A stretch of 64,000 nt of DNA from Nanobdellota archaeon. Lineage in GTDB: Archaea; Nanobdellota; Nanobdellia; UBA10117; ARS21. Shown piece by piece: positions 8,709 through 16,386 of this stretch (position 1 is the stretch's first letter; each line of letters begins with the position of its first letter). The position numbers and the translations under genes are program-made. Under the pieces are notes generated by a model, which saw nothing but the letters and a program-made list of their open reading frames with translations, ran no database searches and was not told the origin of the DNA. The stretch spans positions 9,050-73,049 of the forward strand of contig JAAZWY010000001.1 in NCBI GenBank assembly GCA_014240455.1, given 5' to 3'.

Positions 8709-9572
8709 GAGTTCATCCAAAGGTGAGCGAACTTGTTGCAATTCTTTATTTGATAAATGTGTATAAATTTGAGTTGTATTTAGATTAGAATGTCCCAATA
8801 GTGCTTGTATCTTTCTGATATCTGTTCCGTTTTCTAGCAGATGTGTTGCAAAAGAATGCCTTAGTGTGTGTACATGTACGTTCTTATTTATTTGTGCTGC
8901 ATTAGCTACCCTTGTAACTATGTTTTGTATCTGTCTTACAGATATGGGTCTATCTTCATCTCTTCCTGGGAACAAGAACTTATTCTTGTCAGTTATGTAT
9001 TTCTGAAGGTCACCACATAGATCTTCTGAAAGTATAATCATACGATCTTTCTGCCCCTTGCCTTTACGTACCCAACCAATTCGTTGTGAGATTTCTAAAT
9101 CATTTACTTTAAGCTTTTGAAGCTCAGATAGCCTTAACCCTGAAGAGTATAGCAATTTAATCATTAGATTATGCTTTGGATCCTTCGCAGAGATAATCAT
9201 ACGCTTTATTTCGTTTTTAGTCAACACTACAGGTAGTGTTTTTGGTATCTTAGGCGACTTAATTTTAATGTTTTTTCCCAAGACTTCCTTGTGATAGAAT
9301 ACTATTGCTGCTCTTGTCAAGGCGATAGTCGATGGAGCATAGTTATTTTGAGAAATGATACCGCCCAAATACTCTTTTATTTCTCTCTCAGTGACTTCCT
9401 TTGGATGCTTATTTAATGTTTCAGCAAATTTTTGATTGTGGAACATGTATGCTTTGATAGTATCTGCTGAAAAACCACGGATCTTTAATTCAGATTCCAA
9501 TCGATGCAGCATATTATCAATTGCGTTTAATGTTAATAAATTAGCCCTTTTTCTACCCAATATTTTATCCAT
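8706..9572 (-). CDS. xerA: Tyrosine recombinase, XerC/XerD (archaeal XerA)-type
   Basis: 288 aa. Catalytic region HTLRHSFATHLLENGTDIRKIQALLGHSNLNTTQIYTH (R..H-x-x-R...Y motif order and size typical of Xer resolvases). Confidence 0.8.
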   Translation of the reverse strand: MDKILGRKRANLLTLNAIDNMLHRLESELKIRGFSADTIKAYMFHNQKFAETLNKHPKEVTEREIKEYLGGIISQNNYAPSTIALTRAAIVFYHKEVLGKNIKIKSPKIPKTLPVVLTKNEIKRMIISAKDPKHNLMIKLLYSSGLRLSELQKLKVNDLEISQRIGWVRKGKGQKDRMIILSEDLCGDLQKYITDKNKFLFPGRDEDRPISVRQIQNIVTRVANAAQINKNVHVHTLRHSFATHLLENGTDIRKIQALLGHSNLNTTQIYTHLSNKELQQVRSPLDEL

Positions 9573-9614
9573 TTACCCCACTCTAAAGACGAAAATAGGG
9601 GCTTCGTAAAGCGT

Positions 9615-9920
9615 TTACGGTGGAGAAATTTGTGCGAAGAAATTCTTAGCCACTCTCAAAGCTTCTTTACCATATTTCTCAGTTTTCTTATCGAGTATGT
9701 GTTCTGATTCAATCAATAACTTATTTAGTTGGAGATATTTATCGTGTTCTGATCCAGGAATCGCTCTTCTACTTGAAAATGCTTTCTTTTCTAGCTTATG
9801 TACTTTGTTCATATGACTTCTTGCAAAATGTTTATCGTATTTACTAACTCGCTTTAATCTAAATAACTCTAGTTGCTTTATCCAGTCAGACAAGTAGTTG
9901 TAGAGTTCTCGTTTAGACAT
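9615..9920 (-). CDS. Hypothetical basic coiled-coil protein
   Basis: 101-aa ORF upstream of and co-directional with xerA. Confidence 0.35.
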   Translation of the reverse strand: MSKRELYNYLSDWIKQLELFRLKRVSKYDKHFARSHMNKVHKLEKKAFSSRRAIPGSEHDKYLQLNKLLIESEHILDKKTEKYGKEALRVAKNFFAQISPP

Positions 9921-9949
9921 GTAGTAGTAGAGGGTCGGAGATTAATAAG

Positions 9950-10270
9950 GATTATCTCTTGATGAGCACTAGTTCGCATAATATACATTAAACGCACTCT
10001 GAATTTAGAAAGTGAGATTTTGCAAAAAAGACGGGTTATTTTTGAAAATTTTGGATTTTTGAAAAATTTCTAAAATTTCCTTTAATTGTTTTCAATATTG
10101 TAAATAATATATATAAATTTTAATAATTTCTTAAAAGGTTTAATAAGAATTTGAGCTATTTAAGATCTAAAAAATAATTAAAAATTGCAAAAATAGCATA
10201 TTTAATTTCAATATTGAAAGAAATTAATTAAGATACTTATTTATTTTCAATATTAACAATAAATAGGTAA
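9950..10270. repeat. About 320-bp extremely AT-rich non-coding region carrying TTTCAATATT three times (10090, 10206, 10245); the middle copy is a perfect 14-bp palindrome TTTCAATATTGAAA
   Basis: No ORF on either strand, long A/T runs, motif coordinates read directly from the sequence. Confidence 0.5.
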
Positions 10271-10274
10271 AAAA

Positions 10275-11084
10275 TTATTTGTAAAAATCAATAGTTTTTT
10301 TCAAACCAGTTTCCAAGTCAGTTTTTGGCATCAAATTTAGCTCATTTTTAGCTTTTGTAATGTCTGCACAGGAGTAAAATAGGTCTCCGTGACGTGGTTT
10401 TTCTAGAATTATCTTTGATTCTGAGTTACATAATTTTATGATTAATTTAGCCAAATCTCGGAGTTTTATGCTCTGCCCTGATCCAATGTTAAACACTTTT
10501 TCAGAACCAGAATAGCTTACTGCGGCTATGTTTGCATCAACTACATCATCCACATAAATAAAATCTCTCTCTTGATCTCCATTGCCTGTTATGATTAAAT
10601 CATCGTTGTTTAGTGCTTTCTTTATGAAAATTGCAATGACTCCGGCATCTCCTTGTCCCGGTCCGTAAACATTGAAGTATCTTAATGAAATTCCCTTCTT
10701 ATTCGATATAAGTTCTTCACCATCAACTTTGTTTTGAGCATAATTAGATTCGGGATTTAATTTATCTTCTTCAACAACTTTACGATCATATTCACCATAA
10801 ACTGCCGCACTACTTGAAAAAATTATTTTACTCTCAGATAGATTTACAATATTCTTGGTTCCTTTAACATTTACGTCATAATACTCTTCTGGTTTTTTTT
10901 GACTCTCAGGTACGCTGATTTTGGCCGCAGTGTGGAATACTGTATTAATATCTTTCAGCGATTTAACCAATTTTTCTTGATTTAAAATGTCTTGACCAGA
11001 TTTTTTATCATAAGAGTTACAATTCAGTCTTTCAACAATCTTGCTTCCAATGAATCCTTCACCGCCCGTAACCAAGTATTTCAT
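10275..11084 (-). CDS. NAD-dependent epimerase/dehydratase (UDP-glucose 4-epimerase-like, short form)
   Basis: N-terminal Rossmann motif VTGGEGFIGS, catalytic YAQNK (Y-x-x-x-K), SDR-extended architecture. Confidence 0.7.
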   Translation of the reverse strand: MKYLVTGGEGFIGSKIVERLNCNSYDKKSGQDILNQEKLVKSLKDINTVFHTAAKISVPESQKKPEEYYDVNVKGTKNIVNLSESKIIFSSSAAVYGEYDRKVVEEDKLNPESNYAQNKVDGEELISNKKGISLRYFNVYGPGQGDAGVIAIFIKKALNNDDLIITGNGDQERDFIYVDDVVDANIAAVSYSGSEKVFNIGSGQSIKLRDLAKLIIKLCNSESKIILEKPRHGDLFYSCADITKAKNELNLMPKTDLETGLKKTIDFYK

Positions 11085-11136
11085 GAGTTTGTCTAATCAA
11101 AGAAATTAATAAATACTTCTATCAGATAGAACTAAT

Positions 11137-11574
11137 ATGGTTAAGAAGAGTCTTCGAGATATTCCACTTCAAGAGATAACATTACGTAAGTATGAACAAC
11201 CTTATGGGCTCGACGATCGAGAACTTTCTAGGAAATTTCTTTTGTCAATCGGATTATTACAACCCGGCGAGAGTCGAGATATAATTGTAGATATCTTTGA
11301 ATTGTTTGTCAAAGCTCGAAAGCTCAACAAACCTTTAGAAGTAGAGTTTATTGTCAATGAACTTGAAGGAAAGAATGGTGCTTCAGCTCCAAACGTATCT
11401 AGGCAGATTAAACGACTTAGAGATATGAAATTGATTGAAAAAATTCATGCCGGCTATCGAATAACGGAATTTGGAAAGATTGATAATATTGTTTCAAATT
11501 TTGTTATCCCTTTTGTGATAAATCAGAGTTCGGAAAGGCTAAGTGAGTATGCAAAAGAACTTGACAGAAGATAA
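11137..11574 (+). CDS. Predicted HTH transcriptional regulator
   Basis: C-terminal segment ASAPNVSRQIKRLRDMKLIEK resembles an MarR-type recognition helix-wing. Confidence 0.4.
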   Translation: MVKKSLRDIPLQEITLRKYEQPYGLDDRELSRKFLLSIGLLQPGESRDIIVDIFELFVKARKLNKPLEVEFIVNELEGKNGASAPNVSRQIKRLRDMKLIEKIHAGYRITEFGKIDNIVSNFVIPFVINQSSERLSEYAKELDRR

Positions 11575-11590
11575 GGTTTATAAACCAAAT

Positions 11591-11893
11591 ATGGAGAAAA
11601 ATAGTATGTTAGGACGAAGACCTTTGGAAGATTTAATTGGAAAATTAAAGAATATAACAGTATTAGATTGCAGAACTGGTGCGTTAATTGAAAAAGAAGC
11701 ATTTGTAAGAGTTGATCGTGCTTTAAATAAATCTTCAAAGTATCAAGTTAGGACTAATGTGTTTGGAAGACCGCGATTTCTTGAAGATAATTTTGCAGAT
11801 TACATCCGAAAAGATAATCCTCGTGAATGCGCATTAAAAGATAATCCAAATTCAGAATTTATTGGTAAAAAATTATATAAAAATAAGGAGTAA
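11591..11893 (+). CDS. Hypothetical protein; start moved to an internal ATG to remove overlap with the upstream gene
   Basis: ORF 11543..11893 overlaps the upstream gene by 30 nt. Internal M (MEKNSMLGRRPL) lies at 11591. Confidence 0.3.
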   Translation: MEKNSMLGRRPLEDLIGKLKNITVLDCRTGALIEKEAFVRVDRALNKSSKYQVRTNVFGRPRFLEDNFADYIRKDNPRECALKDNPNSEFIGKKLYKNKE

Positions 11894-11905
11894 GAACGAA
11901 AGTTC

Positions 11906-12193
11906 TTACATCAATAATTTTCCAAGATCTTCAAATTTATTTGCGACCTTTTCACCCTTACCAGTTAGTTGGACAATTTTTAGTCGACCTTTCTTTTCAA
12001 ATCTAACTAATCCTTGTTGTTCCATCTTTTGAAGTAAGTGAACGGTGTGTGAGTATGTACATCGTGCTTCCTTAGCTAACATAGAAGGATATTTATTCGT
12101 GTTTTGTCGAGTAAGACAAAGTAACAGTTCAACGGGCTTATCCCTCAAGAATATTTCAAAACTTTTTCCTTTTTTCCACCAAAGTAGTGCCAT
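11906..12193 (-). CDS. Small winged-helix DNA-binding protein (PadR/ArsR-like)
   Basis: 95 aa. Segment YPSMLAKEARCTYSHTVHLLQKMEQQGLVRFEKKGR is wHTH-like. Confidence 0.45.
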   Translation of the reverse strand: MALLWWKKGKSFEIFLRDKPVELLLCLTRQNTNKYPSMLAKEARCTYSHTVHLLQKMEQQGLVRFEKKGRLKIVQLTGKGEKVANKFEDLGKLLM

Positions 12194-12290
12194 AATTACC
12201 TGTATAGAGAAAGATATATAACGGTTTCTTCAAGTCCTACGTGGTGTGTTTTTTCTGAAGAAAAAATGTAATCACTAAGCAGCAGTTCTT

Positions 12291-12695
12291 TTACTGCTTA
12301 GGTTGTACTCTTGGTAATTGTAATGGTGCCGGAAGTCCAAGTGTTTTTGATAATGGAATTGCAGTTACAAGTCCAAGTTCAAGAACCTTAGTCAGAAGCA
12401 CTGCGGCAATTCTTTCATCAACCTTCTTGTTCTTTTTCCATCCCTTTTGAAGATCCTTTAATTCTTTATCGTCTCCAGTGATGAATAATCCGCCTTCAAG
12501 ATTGATATGTCCTGATTTTCCGTAAGAAGTATTAACTTTAAATTCAACTAATGCGCCAGTTCGTTTTTCACCAGCAGCAAACAAGTCTTCAGTTGTAACT
12601 TTAGTAATTTCAGGCTTTGTTTCGATTTTAATTCCTGCTTCAAGCTTGCCTCTTTGGGCATCTACTTTTGTAATCTTATCGCCAACGATCATCAT
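12291..12695 (-). CDS. Hypothetical protein (possible small beta-barrel nucleic-acid-binding fold)
   Basis: 134 aa, no confidently recognisable motif. Confidence 0.3.
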   Translation of the reverse strand: MMIVGDKITKVDAQRGKLEAGIKIETKPEITKVTTEDLFAAGEKRTGALVEFKVNTSYGKSGHINLEGGLFITGDDKELKDLQKGWKKNKKVDERIAAVLLTKVLELGLVTAIPLSKTLGLPAPLQLPRVQPKQ

Positions 12696-12736
12696 TGTGA
12701 TATTCTCGCGTTGTTTAAACTTTTAAAGATTGTCAT

Positions 12737-13891
12737 TTACAGTTTGTTCTTTATTCTGAACAAATAGAACAAATATGTCCCAGTAAGTGCTAAAAATCCA
12801 GCTATGATCATTGAAGTTATCAGAGTTTTTCTTTGGTCGGCAATTTCTTTATTAGATAAACAGGAGTTATCTTCTTTGCAAACACCCGTTTGACATTGAT
12901 AATCTTCATTACATGAAGAGCTTCCTGCTTTCTGATATTTCCAAACACCCTCTTGACAGAAAGTATTGTTTACAACTGTGCCCTCTTCATTACAAATCGC
13001 TGTTTGAGTTGAAACTGTCTCAAATGTAACGGACTCACTAACGAAACAATCCCAATCTTCTTCGGCAGAACACCCGGCCGGACAGTAATTATCACCTACA
13101 CTACATTCTACTGTTAGTTCATTTGTACATGCTCGTTCAATTGTACCAGCTCCTGAACAAAGATCAATTGTTGCCTCATCGGCATCGTCACAATCTGAAT
13201 GCTGTAAACAAGTATTAGACGCTGAACAATCTGCATCATGAGTGGTTCCAAATAATGATTGCTCATCTTTACAACCCAATGGACAAAAATCATCCCCTGA
13301 TTTACATTCAGTTACAGGATCGTGTCTACAAATTGATCTTTGATTATAGGAACCTTCACAACTATCTTTTGTTCCAGGATTACTATCATCACATTCCTTG
13401 TCTAGCTCACAAGTGTCTTGAATTACACAATCAGAATCACTATATCTGCTACAAAAACTTGGACAGTATCCGTCATTATCTGTACAACTTACGATTGTTT
13501 CATAAGAACATTTATTTATAGATTCCATACAAGTATCGATTGTAGAATCTAATTGATCATTACAATCAGAATCAACATTACATTCAAGTCTTTGAAGAAC
13601 ATGAATTAGTAATGATGCATAATTTGTCTTTTGTTCAGATACATACAATGTTGCGTTTACGGTTATGTTTACTTTGTTTATAGACTTTGTTTCATTTTCA
13701 TTAAATATTTTCCAAGTATCTTCAACACTTATTCTTACTTGAGTGTTTGAGAACACATCTAGCAAAGTTATATTTCTACCTGCGATTTCAATAGACTCCC
13801 CTTCACCTAAAGTTACTTGATCATATGCAATATAATCTGCTGCCGCAAATGCTGCCGGTAACAAAAGTAGTATTAAGAGCAATCTTTTCAT
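12737..13891 (-). CDS. Secreted Cys/Asp-rich repeat protein with signal peptide (..AAFAAAD) and C-terminal TM anchor
   Basis: Three ~55-aa repeats, each with about 8 Cys (C-x-x-D-S/K-D/E-C-N/D-D...T-x-D-x-C...C-P-x-x-C). C-terminal TM LITSMIIAGFLALTGTYLFYLF. Confidence 0.55.
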   Translation of the reverse strand: MKRLLLILLLLPAAFAAADYIAYDQVTLGEGESIEIAGRNITLLDVFSNTQVRISVEDTWKIFNENETKSINKVNITVNATLYVSEQKTNYASLLIHVLQRLECNVDSDCNDQLDSTIDTCMESINKCSYETIVSCTDNDGYCPSFCSRYSDSDCVIQDTCELDKECDDSNPGTKDSCEGSYNQRSICRHDPVTECKSGDDFCPLGCKDEQSLFGTTHDADCSASNTCLQHSDCDDADEATIDLCSGAGTIERACTNELTVECSVGDNYCPAGCSAEEDWDCFVSESVTFETVSTQTAICNEEGTVVNNTFCQEGVWKYQKAGSSSCNEDYQCQTGVCKEDNSCLSNKEIADQRKTLITSMIIAGFLALTGTYLFYLFRIKNKL

Positions 13892-13922
13892 GAAATAAGT
13901 AAATCTTCAGACAATAAAAATT

Positions 13923-13995
13923 TAGCCCTGCCCGGATTTGAACCGAGGTCCTCCGGCCCAGAACCAGAGATGATTGACCGCTACACTACAGAGCT
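13923..13995 (-). tRNA. tRNA-Gln (anticodon CUG)
   Basis: Manual fold: acceptor AGCUCUG/CAGGGCU, anticodon stem UCUGG/CCGGA with loop UUCUGGG, T-arm CUCGG-UUCAAAU-CCGGG, discriminator A. The D-stem is weak. No CCA encoded. Confidence 0.7.
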
Positions 13996-14072
13996 ATGAA
14001 ACAGCTCCATATTCTAGATTTATAAGTTTATGTTCTAGCAATACTTTTAAATTCGCACGACGTAGTATCTTC

Positions 14073-14540
14073 ATGATAAATTTACTTGCTGAGATGTTTC
14101 TTCATCCAATCTTGATTGTGAGTCTAGTTTCTGCTGGAGCTTCACAATTTATTAAGATGCTTTTATATTCATTCAAGACAAAAAAACTTCTCATTCATGT
14201 TTTGTGGAAAGGTTATGGAAATAAAGCAGGTATGCCTAGTTCTCACACAGCATTTATGTCTGCGGCATGTACTGCAATCTATATCCTTGATGGAGGAGTT
14301 ACTAATTTGTTCATGCTATCAATTATATTTACAATTATAATTATCCAGACTGTTGTTGATTTGAAATTCCACTTTGATAAAGCATCTGAATATATTAATG
14401 GTATGTTTGAAGTTGTATTTGATTTCAGTAAACCTGCTTGGAGTAAGTTTGAACATGTTACTGGACACACATACAATCAGATAATTGTCGGAGCGATAAT
14501 TGGAATTTATACAACAATTAAACTCATGCCAATTTTATAG
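14073..14540 (+). CDS. Divergent PAP2-family membrane protein (acid phosphatase/haloperoxidase-like); start moved off the tRNA
   Basis: Motifs KxxxxxxR..G.PSSHTAFMSA..; several TM helices. ORF-track start 13974 overlaps tRNA-Gln; internal ATG at 14073 is used. Confidence 0.55.
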   Translation: MINLLAEMFLHPILIVSLVSAGASQFIKMLLYSFKTKKLLIHVLWKGYGNKAGMPSSHTAFMSAACTAIYILDGGVTNLFMLSIIFTIIIIQTVVDLKFHFDKASEYINGMFEVVFDFSKPAWSKFEHVTGHTYNQIIVGAIIGIYTTIKLMPIL

Positions 14541-14861
14541 AATTGTAAATTGTGCGTGATTAATTTTTCCAATTTTTATGATTGATTCCTTAGAAATTAC
14601 TTGATTCTTTAATAATAGTTTAACAATTTTATTTCCAATGACATTTCCATCATTGACATCCACAATTAATTCTAATATTTTCTCATTAATCTCAGCTTCA
14701 CCATAGAATCTTGGATTTACAAAAAAGTCTAAATCTTTGTTTTTCAGAGTTTTTCCAAGTAATTCTTTATCGCAAACTGCAATCATGGTTCCAAAATCTG
14801 TTTTGTGTAGTTTGTAGTAAAACATTTTACTTAATTGATCTAACTGAGCTTCTTGCTCCAC
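14535..14861 (-). CDS. Conserved archaeal hypothetical protein (DUF424-like)
   Basis: 108-aa ORF between PAP2 and aIF2beta; family assignment is from memory and weak. Confidence 0.35.
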   Translation of the reverse strand: MEQEAQLDQLSKMFYYKLHKTDFGTMIAVCDKELLGKTLKNKDLDFFVNPRFYGEAEINEKILELIVDVNDGNVIGNKIVKLLLKNQVISKESIIKIGKINHAQFTIL

Positions 14862-15246
14862 AAGCTTGACATTGTTTGAATGTTATTCCCTTTTCTTTGT
14901 GAAGTTCAGTGTCTGGTTTTCCACATTGTGTACAAGTTACGAACTCTTTTACGTATTTTTCAATCTTTTCGTTTAAGACTCTAGAATTGAATTTACCTAT
15001 GAAATAGAATTTACTTCCTTTCCATTCACCTGTTGTTGCTAAAGATTTTAGCATAAATCTTAACAAGTGTTTAACGTCTCGTCCTAATTTTGAAGCAATT
15101 TGATTTAGATTTGATACAAGAGTTCTATTTCCTTCAAAACCTCCAGAAATTGTTGGTACTTCGAATCTGCTTGTTGCTTCTGAAACTTTTGGAATGGATG
15201 CATATGCTTTCTTTAACAATTCTTCATAGTTATACTTCCAAGCCAT
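14827..15246 (-). CDS. eif2b: Translation initiation factor 2 beta subunit (aIF2beta)
   Basis: 139 aa, C-terminal zinc ribbon CTQCGKPDT...CQACG characteristic of aIF2beta/eIF2beta. Confidence 0.75.
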   Translation of the reverse strand: MAWKYNYEELLKKAYASIPKVSEATSRFEVPTISGGFEGNRTLVSNLNQIASKLGRDVKHLLRFMLKSLATTGEWKGSKFYFIGKFNSRVLNEKIEKYVKEFVTCTQCGKPDTELHKEKGITFKQCQACGARSSVRSIK

Positions 15247-15290
15247 GTTTTCAAGTTTCTTGAGGCATTTAAGAAGGTTTTGAATTAGAG

Positions 15291-15638
15291 CTATAACTCA
15301 TCCAAAGTTTTTTGTGAACTGGATAGATTCCTTTTTACTCTTTCAAATTCTTCAGAAATAAGTCGCTCTATTCGAGCATGTAAGGGATCAATTGGATCTG
15401 CTACTGCAGGAGTCAGTCCAATTCCAATGCTGTTTATTTTTTGTAAGTACTCTGGTTCAGTTTCAACAACAAAAGCTCCAGTTATTGAATATTTTATATC
15501 AAAATCGTATCCTCCCGAAGTAAATGAAAGTCCTGCCATTCTGTGCCCTTGAAGAGGGAGTTTACCATCTATACTGTAAGTGAATTGTAATCTATCATTT
15601 TCTTCAACCATATTTTCAAAATTTAATTTAAATGTCAT
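15291..15638 (-). CDS. Hypothetical protein
   Basis: 115-aa ORF, no recognised motif. Confidence 0.3.
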   Translation of the reverse strand: MTFKLNFENMVEENDRLQFTYSIDGKLPLQGHRMAGLSFTSGGYDFDIKYSITGAFVVETEPEYLQKINSIGIGLTPAVADPIDPLHARIERLISEEFERVKRNLSSSQKTLDEL

Positions 15639-15679
15639 TTCTTTATTAACACTTAACTTGTTTTTAAATTTTTAGGTGA

Positions 15680-16339
15680 TTATTCCAATAATTTTAGAAT
15701 TCCTTTCTTTGGTTCAAAAACTTCACCAGATTTTAGGAGATTTAGAATAATATCCTTTGCTTCTTTTTCAGCGATTTTTGAATTTTTTAGTACATCATCC
15801 ATTGGAGCACCGTCACCAGAATCATGAGCTTTAATCAATTCGACAATTTTCGTATTTGGATTATCACTCACTGTTATTTCCATCACTTCAGGCTCTTCCT
15901 TTGGAGCAGATTTAGCTTTTGGTTTTTCTTCAATCTTCTTGAATTCCGGCTTTCCGAGTTCAATATGATCAACAATTAACCAGTTTGGATCCAATTCTTG
16001 CTTGATAACTTCTGGAACTAAATATGTTTCATCATTGTAATGTTTCACTTTTCCAATAAATCTTACAAATGAACCAACCTTTACATCCTTAATATTTGCG
16101 ACATCGGCACTGAATGCCTTTACTCTAATTGTTTCAGAGCCATCATCAAGCGTCAGTGCACAATAATTTCCATCTTCAGTTAGATATTTACTTACAACTG
16201 TAGCAATTATATTTACTCTAGAAACTTGATTCTCGTCAATTATTATATAACTTGGATTGAAACCTTCTTGTCTAAGAAATTCTCCATTAATTAGACTAGA
16301 AATTCTCACTCTATATGCGGTCGATCTAGTAATTGCCAT
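15680..16339 (-). CDS. RPA32-like protein: OB-fold ssDNA-binding domain plus C-terminal winged helix homologous to the MCM C-terminal WH
   Basis: C-terminus DDVLKNSKIAEKEAKDIILNLLKSGEVFEPKKGILKLL aligns with the MCM C-terminus DDLIKALEDKGMSKEKIESELLRLKKAGEIFEPRHGVLQKG in the next gene. The central region has OB-fold-like beta pattern. Confidence 0.5.
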   Translation of the reverse strand: MAITRSTAYRVRISSLINGEFLRQEGFNPSYIIIDENQVSRVNIIATVVSKYLTEDGNYCALTLDDGSETIRVKAFSADVANIKDVKVGSFVRFIGKVKHYNDETYLVPEVIKQELDPNWLIVDHIELGKPEFKKIEEKPKAKSAPKEEPEVMEITVSDNPNTKIVELIKAHDSGDGAPMDDVLKNSKIAEKEAKDIILNLLKSGEVFEPKKGILKLLE

Positions 16340-16386
16340 ATGTTTTCACTTAAGTTTTAGTTTAAATATTCTTGTTTGATTTAGTT

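Noticed and set aside
1-9920. Whole 1-9.9 kb block as an integrated mobile element (integrase + cargo)
   Set aside because: The recombinase has XerC/D-like size and motifs rather than a phage-integrase architecture. No tRNA-linked att site or flanking direct repeat was seen, and the left border is outside the window. Left open but not called.
13255-13521. 88-aa + strand ORF
   Set aside because: Antisense to the Cys-rich repeat gene; His/Tyr/Leu composition typical of antisense translation.
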